A DNA stretch of 64,000 nt from Raillietiella orientalis (taxonomy: Eukaryota). The DNA lies in NCBI GenBank assembly GCA_036172245.1, contig JAYWIR010000004.1, positions 558,001-622,000 of the forward strand, in the 5' to 3' direction. Below, piece by piece: positions 1-11,850 of this stretch; position 1 is the first letter of the stretch, and each line of letters begins with the position of its first letter. Below the pieces are notes generated by a model. The model was not told the DNA's origin. It ran no database searches and saw nothing but the letters and a program-made list of their open reading frames with translations. The translations under genes were made by a program, and so were the position numbers.

Positions 1-3000
1 ATGTTATCACATCATTTTCGTACGAATATGCATCTGTGTGTGTATTCACATATATATATGCACCATGCAGCATTCATCTTCAATTAAATGGTATGATATC
101 CTCATTACCCATCTATACATAAATCTGTAATCAGATTCGTACTGATATCTAGACTATAATGACTAATGCTATCTGATGTGTGATAAGAGAGCCCATGAAA
201 CGATGGCTCCTGCTTGACCACCACCTTCCTCTCATCCTTTGCAGCAACGAATATCCTCTCAGGCCGGATGCAAGAGTTTTTTCTTCTTTTTTTTTTGAAT
301 TTTTATCCTGATCGAGGCTGCCCGAACGTGGCATGCAGAAAGCCTTATCTCCACGAAGCCTTTCCTTCAGAATCGCTGGAGCAACTCATTTAAAAGAGAA
401 AGTTACTGAGGAAGTACGGATGCCCAAGTTTGATTCGCCCCTCACATGCACTGAAAGCCTTCCTAAACTGCGTAGATTCATTTCCAGAGGACGGACCAAG
501 AGATATTCACCTGTGATATGCCATGAGCAAGAACCAGTCAGTCATCTCTTTACCCGCTCGTCTTGCCATCAACGATCACCTTCCAGTTCGGGTTGACCTG
601 TTAGGTGCTACTGAGAGCTCATGCATACTTCCGTTGATGTTGAAACACGGAAGTCCAGATGAGTAGTACTTATCCTGACTCCTCTAATGAAAGTATCCAT
701 CTTGGAAGAAAGGGACTTTTTTCAAGAACCTCTCGTGATGGGTAGGAGGAAGGCAGGTTGTTTCCTAGGAGACGCACCTCCATGTTCGTTCCAGTTCCAG
801 TTACTCTCGAAACAGGGGATGAGGTGTGCCGGTAGGAAGACTGCAAGAGAGTTTTCCTCATTTTGGAGAAGGTGGTTCTGACTAGTGGACTCGAACACCA
901 CCGTCTTGAGCCCCTTTCCCCTTTTCCATGCCTAGGAAACCCACTAGGGGATTTCCTAGGCATGGAGGGCTCCTCCTCCCCGAATTCTCGGAAAGCATCA
1001 CCATCTTTATGAGTAGGAGTATCATTTCTGCATCCGGTTTACTCTTCCATGCTCATGCTTGGAATTCATATGTTTGAACATGTCGGCGCGAGGCAAGTTC
1101 TTTGCTTCCAGACCAGGACGCCCGCACACCTGAAAGGAGCCATGCCTTTCTTTTTGCAGACGAGCACGTGGCTGTGCTCGAATGCAGGGCTCTCCAGAGC
1201 AGATGGGGACTGCGTCGGCGGGATAGAGCGAACTTCCGCCCCCTGGACGCTTAGGGAAGTAGGCGAAACTTCACTGCAGCGCTTACGGGGACCGGAAAGC
1301 ACGGCGGCCGTCGAGGAACCGGGCATGCGAGAACGAGGTGATGCCAAAGGTGCGCACCTGCCGATGCATGGAAAGGGGAGAGGATGGAAACTTCACACCA
1401 CCGGAAGCAAACACACTCTGAAAGCAAGTCCTTCTTCGGTGAGCAGTTAAGGCCTGCATCCGATGCTAACGGCAAATTTATCTTATCTGAACGAGTATAA
1501 TATTTATGCCTCTCTGTAGTAAAGGTTTTTCTTCTCATGGTTCCTTTGTTTATCTTATTTTAATCAAGATTGTACCATCGTCACGATTTCCAGCCACGCG
1601 ATCGGTGCTGTGCGGAATACTCTGGCTTGAAGGGTATGACCATTCCAAGATTAAGATTTGAAGGCTATCCCTGCATCAAACTGCTCTTCCGTATTCTAGT
1701 CTCCAGGATTTTGGAAAACAGGAAGGAAGGAACGCGTCCGGATGGCAGCCGCAGCGTGCGTCGCCTTCCTTCATTCGCTCGCTGGGATCATGCCCCGAGC
1801 GCTGAGCTGTTTCCATGGTTCCGTGTTGCCAAGGAGCACAAACAAGAATGGGTGGGGTCTCATGTCACCCAGCGGCTCAGCCGAACCGGATGGCTCCAGT
1901 AGATGCCTGATGAGTCCGAGAAATGTCCCCACTAGCGCGGTCTCTTATGGGCCCCACCGAGTCCCAGTTATTCCGTACCTTCGATTCTCCGTTCTCTCCC
2001 CTCGCGAAGAGTGTCAAAACCAGCTTCTTCGAGATCCAAGGTCGGCCAGGTGTCCTCGAAATCCTGGACCGCAGATCGGGGCGAACGGGAGGGGAGGGAT
2101 GTGCTCCGAAAGTTCCTCGGAGAAACTCTCTGGGGATTCCCCGTTACGGGACCTTGGGAAACCTCCGGTGATGCAAGACTCGTTCCTTTCGCAGACTGGA
2201 TTCTCACATTTCCCTCTCTTTCCCCCTCCCCCTTTCCTTGTTGCTCGGATAGCGGCGGAATCTTCCTGAAAATCGCGCAGGATGACCTCAAAAGAGAGGC
2301 GATCGTAGCGCCCCGCTGGTGCGATGCAACTTGGCTTTGCACATAGCTGCGCTCCTCCAGGAAAGGGGAAAGGAAGAGACGACACCCGTCCCACTCTCAG
2401 CATCTTTGTGCACCCTCCTATTCCCGAGGAAGATGTCTCCAGAAAAATCCTGCCCAGACACGGACAGTTATCTTCCCATTCTGGACCTCAGCACGACAGT
2501 CTTCATGGAAAAGAAGGAGCAAGAAGTTCAGGAAATGCGGGTGAAGTTCCCTTGTCGCAGCTTGCGGCTCCCTTTTCTCTAGACCCCTTAGCTAGCTCTA
2601 GGCAACCAGTGCACCATGGACAGAAAGGAGATTATTCCCCCTACGCAGTGCGTCTTTGCCAGCGCCATCTCAACATCCCTGAAGCTTCGGAATGAGAGGA
2701 GTCCTCACCGAAGTATCGGCAGACCATCTCCGCCACATCTTTCGAGGAGCGTGCTCTTTATTTCCCCTTCACCCGTCGCGTGGCGCTGCCATCGATGACG
2801 CCAACCGTTGGCTCAAGTGGGGTCAGCTGTTGGTCTCCCGAGCGAGACCATTTCTTGACCAAAGATGAGGTCTTGAACCCGACTCCGAGTCTGCAATCTG
2901 TTTCCGTGTTCTCGCCGCCCACAAAGGTTATCCTTCCCTTCCTCAAATCAGCTACTCCGGAGGTGACCTTCTCGCCTTTTTTCCACTGCTTTCACTGCTT

Positions 3001-5919
3001 TCCGGGAGCATTTGCGATCCTCCTTCAAACTGATGGTTGAAGGGAAGCGCCCTTCCCGGAGAGGTATCTCCGTGCTCACAAGTGTCTAGCACTTACGCTG
3101 GGGTCACACTGTGCACACTCTCTCGTAGAAAACTACGCCAACGCGGTGCCCCTTCAGCCCCAGGCGCACTGCTCTTCCCGGAGGCTGCAAAGCCAGCTCT
3201 CACAGGGGCTTTGCGATGGCACTTTCGTGTCCGATGGCCTCCCGGAAGTCCTCAGCACTCCCGCCAGAGAAGCGCCCTCGGTAGCATCCGTCAGCTCCCA
3301 TCTGGCGATCCCGGAGCGATGGATGCACTTGTCCCTCGAGCTCACGATGACTTGTGCCTGTGATCCGGCTGTCACGGAGACACCCACGTCCACTCGTGCA
3401 CTTCGTCTTCTCCGGAGGCCCCCCGTGGAACACCGCTCTGGGCATAGTGGACTTCAAGGAAAAGTTGAAGAGAGTGTCCTGACTTTGAAGTCGCGGCTTA
3501 GAGCGACGTCTCTTCGCGAGGAAGAGCTGGACAGAAGTACACCGTCCTCTTCTCTTGTCATTCATTTCTTCCTCTATGGTCGCTCCTGGACTGTCATCTG
3601 TGCAGCCGGACCACTGTCTCTCCCGCGCGTTCTCGAGGTCATCGGGCTCTCGCTGCAGGGTCTTCTGAGGAGCCGTCGAGCTCGAGCGTCTTCTTCTTCG
3701 TTCATGTCGGCCGTTCTTCGCCCTCACAAATGAACGACCCCTCCTTTCACGACTACTCTAGTCGCGACCTCAGGACCTCCTCTGTCCCGAGCTGTCCCTT
3801 TGCGTGCGGGGCGACTAGCGGGAGAAGGTCGGCGGCTCTAGCACCCGAGGTGGTCCCATCTGCAGACTCCTGAAGTCCGAATTTGGCTTCCAGGAAGGTT
3901 CAGTCGCCCACCGACTTTTTCAAAGCCGAGAGCGGCCCATCACCGCCATCTTCGTATTGGGGAGCTCCACATTTTCTCTAGGTCGCCCTAACTCTGCCGC
4001 CCCTGCTGCCGGAAATCCGAAAGCAGGGACCACTGCCCATCCTCCTCCAGGAGAAGCAGGGTCGTCTTTTTACCCCTTCCCCATTGCGTCCTTCCTTCCC
4101 CTTCGCATGCAGCAAAGGAGGTGGTGGCGGTGCTCTTCCTGCATCAGAGGCACCGCCTTCGGGGAGATTGTGGAGGGGGTAGGGAAGGGAAGCTTCGCCC
4201 CTAAAGGGAAAGGACCGGACTCGGAGGTGAGACGTCCCGCATCGGCTGCCGAGAGTCAGTGAGACACTAAAAGATCCCTAGGTACCCCGCTCGAGGAAAC
4301 TCTACATCGATAGAGAGTCACCTCACTATTTGTATCTCTTCGCAGATCGCCCTGGGACTTCCTCCTTCCGGCCATGCCCACGCCTAGGAAGGGGGGGATG
4401 GGACAGGGGGAAACCGGCCGGACCCGAAAGCAAGGGAGGGAATGTCTCCAGGTCAGGAAGATCGCTTCCCGGCAACCCTCCTACTGTCAGGTCATTCCCT
4501 TTTCTCATACTGCTACCCCCTGCGCCTCCTCCCCGATTCCAGGACGCTTCCGGAGCAGCGCGTGGAGTGGCCCCCTCGTCTCAATGACGTATGTCCAGCC
4601 GAAGCAGCACCTTTCCTGCTTTTTTCCTCCTCCAAGTCCGAAGGCGAGTCAGGTGGCCGTGCCACTGCCACCGTCGGAAAGACAGAGGCGACGGAGACAA
4701 CGATCCTCCGGTGGTTTTCCTGGGATAAGACTCCTCCTTGCCGTGAGGAAAGCTGAAGAGACGCGAGGTGTTCGAGGAGTGCCTGTGGCCTTTGCGAGAT
4801 ACGTCGCGTGTCTGAGAAGTCCCGACGGTGCTCCAAGTGCTCGCCTCACTTGAACTCCCCCTTCTGGAGTTCGTTCGTTACACATGTCTCGACCCGCGGG
4901 AAACGTGAGCATCTCCCAGCTGGTCGGGATGGCGCTCACTGCTTCGCGGTGGGAGGCGGAAAGGGATGAGAGAAGAAGAGAGAGATGGAGACTGGACAGG
5001 AAGGAGGGGCTAAGGAGGTCTCCAGACTTCTATCCCTCCTCGTTCTCGGATTCCGGTCCCGGAGGAGGACGGCGTCCCAGGGCGAGCCGCGCAACTTCTC
5101 AAGGTGGCGGAGGTTTGCTGCTGAGTCCTGAGGAGGAAGCGGCGGTGAAGGGAGGGGGGTCGCGGGAGGAGGATCAGAAAGGAGGTGTTTACTGCGTTCG
5201 ATAAGCGCTGCGGCTGCGTTGTGGACTCCCCGGAGAGGAGGGCGCGATTACGCCCGTCTGGTCCATCTGCATATCTCGGCTCCCGGCTTCCGGATTTGCA
5301 TAGATAGCTCCGCCTGGAAATTCCTTGCGGGCCTCTTTTTTTTTTTCCCCTCTCTATCTCTTTCTCTCTCTGGATGGGGAGTAGGAGGAGGAATGGAAAG
5401 GAGGAGCGGGGCACCTCCGGGGATAAGCTCTCTAAGCTCGCACTTGGACGTGGAGGAGCTCCGGTCGCCGGCAGCGCCCACTGTGTGGCGCTTGGAAGAA
5501 AAGCGCACCCCGCCCCTTGCCCCTTTGGCACCCTCGAAAACGGGGACGAAGTACCCTATCCCTCCCCTCCCTGCACGCGCTCTTCCGCTTGAGAACCTCC
5601 TCCAACAGCAACCTCTGGGGAAGGGCAGAATTCTGAAGGGACATTCTTCTTCACTCTCTTCCTCCTTCTCGACTCCCTTCCTGGTCCTCGGCTTCGCTTC
5701 CCGGAGAGAGAGAAGCCCAAAATCTGTCGAGTACTTTGGCGAGCACTTAGATGACCAAGCAAGAAACGCCCGCAAGCCGTCTGGCTTTCTCAGATGCCGA
5801 CTTGCTCTGTCGAATCCCAGAGACATCTCCGCTTGCTGTTCCACTCCCACACCCTGTGGTTTCACGTCTCTGCGAAGCCTCAGCGGCGATGACGTGCAGA
5901 CGACTTGGGACCTTTTTCT

Positions 5920-6428
5920 CCTACGAAGGGGAATCCGGAAAGGACCCGCCATTAGGAATTTCTTCTCCGGAGGGAAGCTGCAAGGGAACCGCTCCTGTTT
6001 GCTCCTCTGAAGAGAACCCCGAAGGGACGCTTCCGAAATTTCTCAGAAGGGCGCTCCCCGAAGGGAGCGGCACGCTTCTTTGCGCTCTCTGGAGAGGTGG
6101 TAACACACCTATTCTATAGTAAAACACGGAGCCCTCCCCCCAAAGGTAGATTCTCTCCTTTTACAACCTTTCTCTCGCTCCTTGATTCCTGTAAGGACTT
6201 GGAGATCGACTACCATTGTCCTGGCCACCAATAGGGGACATACGGTTTGAGCCGCTACCAGTGCCGCACTCGAATGAATGTAGGCCAAACAGCGTTCATC
6301 TTGAGGGAGGAACTCGGAATCCACAACGCACCCCCATCTCTCGGCGTCGATTCTTTCCGAGCATTCGAACCCGCGACGCTTGGTGTCACGCCTTGCAGAG
6401 ACCGTGACCACACGGCCTCCCACGCGGG
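5920..6428 (-). mobile_element. tRNA-headed SINE-like repeat, copy A (~510 bp)
   Basis: Minus strand reads CCGCGTGGGAGGCCGTGTGG...GGGTTCGAATGC (Pol III box-B-like, 6361-6372), then ATCGACGCCGAGA, TCCTTACAGGAATCAAGG (~6180-6197) and a 3' body (GGAAGCGTCCCTTCGGGGTTCTCTTCAGA...CAGGAGCGGTTCCCTTGC...CCCTCCGGAGAAGAAATTCCT) that closely matches 54896-54976. Ends are approximate. Confidence 0.7.
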
Positions 6429-7699
6429 CAGGTGGTTCTTGAGAGGTGATCAGTCTGGCGTCTCTGCAAAGGTCTTCCAGCATCCTGAGGAACTTGAGCG
6501 ATCTTCCCTCCGAGTCCAAAAGTAAAACGAAGTCATAGGCTGGGAAGCAGTGTCCTCCGAAGGACTACCTCCAGCCTGAAAAGGATGGGTTTCCATCAAG
6601 CTCGCTGGAAAGCAGGAAACTCAGCAAGGATCCTGCTTGACTCTCCCGGTATCCGCAGGCTCCTCGCGGAGCGCGAACCTGACTGCATCTTTTCACGAAT
6701 TCTTGAGCTGAAGACCCCCTCTGCTCCTACTCCGCTTTCACGCAGGGCGCGTGAAAGAGGAGCCTCTATGGAGCCGTCCCAAAAGCGCTTGCAAGAGCGA
6801 GAAAGGAGGGGCAGATGGCAGATGTGCTTAGAGGGAGCCTGGAGGGCATGTCCTCGCTCCTTCGAGTCGCTACCACGGACCAGAGGTTCATCCCAACACT
6901 CTGTCAAAATGGAGGAAATCTTCCTGTCGGAGTGAAATGGCCTAATTATGAACGAACCCTTCCAGAAGCCTTTGGGAAAGGCACTTCTTGTGGAGCCGGT
7001 AGAGGCACTCGCCTTGGGATTCTGGAGGAGATGATCTGCGGAGCAATATTGCTTTTGCGTGCCTCAGGATCTGAGAATTTCTCCCATAAGAAGACGCATG
7101 TCAATGACGAAGAGGGAATCTCCTCGTGGTGGAACTCGAGGACACCCACCTTACATACGAGATCCCATCGTATCTGGGAAAGGTATTTTCCGCCTTGTAG
7201 ACGATTCGAAGCCAAGAACCAAAACGATGGTCTTGGGTTCCAAGGGAGCAAGGCGGTAGGAGAACTGGGATCCCATCCGCCTACTATTATAACCTGGGAG
7301 CAAGAACAGAGTCATGCATGTGGTAGATCCAAGGTGCTCCTCTACAACGGGAAATGGCATGGGATCTTTATGGAGCGGAGTATGATTTTCATTGCTTCTT
7401 GCAGTAGGCCCAGTACAGCCTTCTTGCATAGGGGTTGCTCGTTCGGTCAGCTGGTTTCCGTCAGGTCACAGATCCAGTGGATTTACCGCCTATTTTCCTT
7501 ATTAGCTAATACAATTGCTCCCCAGAAAACCGCCTACTCCGCTGATGTCTTTTGAAATCAATTCTTCCTTCAGAGAATTCAGACAAGAAAGACTTCTTGT
7601 CCCCTTCTCCTTCTCCTTTTCCATGTAGGTCCCTAATGCACCGATTTATCTAGAGTGCCTAGTTTGGCTATTGGAATGATCTTGCGGACTGTTGGATTT

Positions 7700-9000
7700 C
7701 CTGATTGTACTACTGTCTTAGAGAAGGGATATACGACATTGTGCTTCTAGTATCGAAGACGTGATATTCACAGCCCTTCAACCAGGCTGCCCGGGAAGAC
7801 GTAGGGTGTCTTCCGATCAGATTTCTTCGCCTTAAGACTTGTTTCCAAAACAGCATAAAGAGCTTCTGGGATTGCGGCAGACTCGATGGGAGGTCGTGAT
7901 TTGGTGCTAGGATCAGAGTGCTCCAAATGGAAATTGCAGCCACATCGGAAACTTTGCCGATCATTCGGGAGGATGGTGACTCCTGTCTTCCTTCTACCTG
8001 CTCGATCTCGACTAAGTAATCAGTAGACTTCAGATACAGCGGAGTTCAATCTCTCAAGGCAATTCCACCTTTGCACTGAGTCTGTGCCCATTTCTCTTAT
8101 ATGCCACTGAATGTGGCTTTCTAAATCACCTTTCCAGAGGATAGCCTTCCTTTTCGGCGCACGTTTCGTCTGTTCTGTGGTGATACTGGAAGTTACAGGG
8201 GTTAGGTGACTCGGGCAGAGTACTTCAGTCCTGAAATTACGGAGTCAGCCATCTGTGTACCGCAGCTGGTGAGTCTACAAGGTGATCGATTCTGCCATGA
8301 CTATGGTAGTGCCAACTTGCTCAGGGGGATCTAGACATTAATGGAGCGACACGCTTCCAGAGGGAAGGGAAAAGGAAAAGCCAGGGGGTGGTAGAGAATC
8401 AGAAACCATCTTGGAGGTTCAAACATTCAACGGACTCCAACGCCTTCATACAGCAACCCAGTGTCAACACTGACATATCAGAGCTCGAACAAGCAAACGT
8501 TCCTTTCATATGAGCTCCGATTCTGGAATGTTCTTTCACTTCATCTAAAAAGTCAGCAGCATCTCTATGTCTCCTACCTTGCACTTCGACTGCTATTTCC
8601 GATGAAATTTTCTGTTTGTTGAATAGAGAACACTACGGGGATGTACCTGCTGTCGGTGATTAATCCTGAGAGGCGGCAGTCTGCCACAACGCCACCATGG
8701 TGATGTTCGACTTACAGCGTCGATGTCACAGAACCTTCGGTAAATTCATGCAGGACCGGTAAACAATGGAACAGCACGCTGGAACTTTAACGAACTCCAG
8801 CATACAAACTCGGAGTAGCGTTACTGCTCTGGAGGATGACGTGGCTATTGAAAGATACAGCACCCCACTCACATTCCGCAACTGGACCTGCTCTAGAAGG
8901 GACTGGGACTCCCTCGCGGAATCAAGACAGGAGCCTGGCGCACGCGGAACAATCCAGGCGATCGAACGGGGCGGTTGCCACGCACCGGAGCTCAGTGCAA
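7700..9000 (-). mobile_element. Decayed transposase relic, MULE-like
   Basis: Frame fragment LITDSRYIPVVFSIQQTEN (~8607-8663) resembles the MULE 'D..G.P(V/I)AF.....E' segment. GTTCCTTTCATA at ~8499 recurs in similar context at ~18756. Many stops and frameshifts. Family assignment is motif recognition by eye. Confidence 0.35.
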
Positions 9001-9549
9001 GAAACCGAAACCCGCCCGCCATCCCTGCAACTGCCACATCTCTCTCACCGCCCCACCATACAGAAAAGATAAGATTAGTGGTATTTCGCCGTCGGAGAAT
9101 CCCAAGAAGAAACGGGAGAACTCGGCACTTCCCAGAGGATGGGACGACGACATCTCGAGGGAGACAGACAAGGCCACGCCGCGCTCGACTCTACGCGAGA
9201 GGGGACAACCCCGCTCACAAGGACAGGCGCAGTGAACCCAGGGTCATGCACGATGCCGGAGAACAGACACGCAGACAATGACTGCAGAACCGAGGTGGCA
9301 AGCAGCGAAGCCTCCCATGTATGCGACACCCCTCGCGCCTCCCCTCAAGTCCCATCAAGAGTCAAGCCCTGACGACGTTCCTTTCCCAGCTGAATTTCCC
9401 AGACCAGTTCCCTGGATTGAGGCTTCGCGAAACGGTAGGCAGGGAGACTGAAAATAGCTCCATTCGTCTGAATCATTTACTATGAGATGAGGCATCCAGC
9501 TGCCTTAAGAGAGTGCGTCTCTGGTACTCAAGTACTCCACGACAGTTGC

Positions 9550-11850
9550 TCAGAGGAGCGACAATGAATTCGCTGCATCCGGGAATCGTTCTTCCTCGCC
9601 TATGATCCAGAATAGACGCCCAGTTACATGTTCCGGTTGGCTGTGTACTGGTACGCGCACCTCCTGTGCTCCGATTCGTGCCCTACGCATGCATGCGAGG
9701 CACATCCATTCCGCTGAACACTTCGCCCGTTCTTCGTGTCCCAGGATCCAAGAGGTGGAACCACTAGCGTTCACGAGGCCACTCCCCCAAAAGCGCAAAC
9801 CAAGGACCACTCGAGCTGCCTGGTCCGCTTTCTCTGTCGTGCAGCTTCTTCCAGATTTTTTTTTGGATGGGAGGGAGGGGTTGCTTCGCGAAGTGCTCAA
9901 GAACCGTTTGTCTCCTTAGGGAGCTTACAAAGCTCATTAACATTGACCATGCAGCCGTAGGGTGCGTGTAACCCTCCAAGTTATAGGGAGCTCTCCTGAA
10001 GGCACCACCCTATGAATTTAGGAAAGCTCCTAAGAAAGGAGTCCATTATTCTTATGCTTGGTAGGAAACCCCGAAGAGAACCCTCGCCCTGGTTGTCCCG
10101 GAAGAGAACCCGGTAGGACGCTTCCCGATTTCTCTGAAAGGACGCTACCACGCTACCCGAAGGGAACAACGAGCTTCTTACACCCTGGAGAGGCAACCTG
10201 CCCGAGGAGCGTATCAACCAGCTCCATGGTACGCGATGGAGGGTCCCCCCCAGGAGAAGGGAGGGTTCCATTTTCATAACCGCAAGGGAACCCCTTGATT
10301 CCTGGAAGGATCCCGGAAAGTCGAATTCGAATCCTGGCCAGTCAGCGGGGACATTCGGTTTCCAGATTGCACCAATGCCGCACCCTAAGCCCCTATAGGT
10401 CAACCAGCGTCATCCTGAGGGGGAAGGACTCGAAACCCAAGAAGCACCCATTTCTCGGCGTCGATCCTCCACGTAAAGATTCGAACCTGTAACGCTTGGT
10501 GGCACTTGCGAAGACCGCAGTCACACGGCCCCGACAACGAGTGGCTGCTCCATCCAGCACCGCCTCCGCGTCCTTCACCGAGGCGGGAAGCGTCGAGTAC
10601 AAACGAGACGACTCGACTCTACACCTAGCACACCAGTTTGGCACCCAGACGACCCCTGGTATGGACTGCACGATGTTTCGTTCGGTCCGCCTCGTGCCGA
10701 ATGCGCCAGGAGCTCTCGTGTGGTGATTAAGGACCTGTAGCCTTGCCCGCCGCGCACCCTCCGCGTAAGCGACCCGCACCGTTTCCTAAGGGCGGATTGC
10801 ACCCCGAGGTTTCGCAGACAAATTGCAGGAAACAGAGTTCGGAAAATCTCGTGCGATCTCTGGGAGGGAGGGAACGGCTTGATGCACCCTGATGCCCAGA
10901 GCAGCACGCGGCCTTCCCTCCCTATCTGGGCACCTCTCGACAAGGATACCACGCCTTCCTACGCCGCAGCGCGTGAGCACGCCGAAGGTCCATTCGCGCC
11001 TCAGGTTTTGATCGAAAGCGGCTCGCCCGTGCACGGTGTGGGCCCCCTCAAAGAGCGCTTGCGTACGACCGGATGCGTGGTGGCGTCCGCATACTCGGAG
11101 TGCTCCGCTTGCGAAACTTTCCGGATACGCCACCGACCTACCCCAGGTCCGCGTTAGCAGAGAGTGATTCGGAATCTTTCTGCGTACAATTGCCCGGGAG
11201 ACCAGCGCCCACAACGGCTTGGTCCGGTAAGGACAACGGCTGGAAGCAGCCATTGATGGCAGAGTTATCTTTCTCACCCAACAGGTGTGTTCATGCGGGA
11301 ACCCTTCGGGCGCTCGGCACAGAAACGAATTTGTCGCTCTTCCCTGTTGACCAAGACATGCCCTGAGGATCCACCTGCTGTAGCTGAACAGAAACAAAGT
11401 CTCCCTCGACTTCGATCGTGTGCTCATCCTCTCGAAAGGAACGAGACCGGGAAAGAAGAAGAAGAACGTGCTCGCATGGTATCCAGCCTCTTCCACGCAG
11501 ACAGGACGCAGTCGAATCCACTTGCTTGGCCTTCCGACAGACAGACCTCAAAGACCCTCCAAAACGGCATTCCCGGATGCTTCCTGCCATCCGGGAATTG
11601 CGATGTCCTCGGTCCCGCTGATTTGCAGCTGGTTTTTCCCGTTCGACACAGTCGCGCAGCAGGACAGTGCAGGCGAAAGCAGTACAGTGCAGCCGCGGCC
11701 CATCCTCTCCAAAGCTGTTCCCCATCGATCCGGTAAGAGTGGAACTCGTTCGTCTGCAACTGCCCCGTCGTCTCCTGCTTTCGAGTCGCATCTTTCTGCA
11801 TGAAGCTGCCCGTCGTTTTTCGCCGGCACGCAGCTTCCTCCCTTGCCTTT
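9550..11850 (-). mobile_element. Decayed MULE-like transposase relic, interrupted by SINE copy B and overlapping the left IR arm
   Basis: Colinear fragments in shifting frames: CRTGKTSCKS...KHPGMPF...CEH (N-terminal zinc-binding-like), YADATTH (first catalytic Asp-like, ~11075-11095), EIARDFPNSVSC (FP...C-like). No intact ORF. Confidence 0.35.
10035..10537 (-). mobile_element. tRNA-headed SINE-like repeat, copy B
   Basis: Minus strand GGCCGTGTG...GGTTCGAATC (10478-10487), ACGTGGAGGATCGACGCCGAGAA, a second GGGTTTCGAGTCC, GATCCTTCCAGGAATCAAGG (10293-10312) and GGAAGCGTCC...GGGTTCTCTTC in the 3' body, in the same order as copies A, C and D. Confidence 0.7.
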
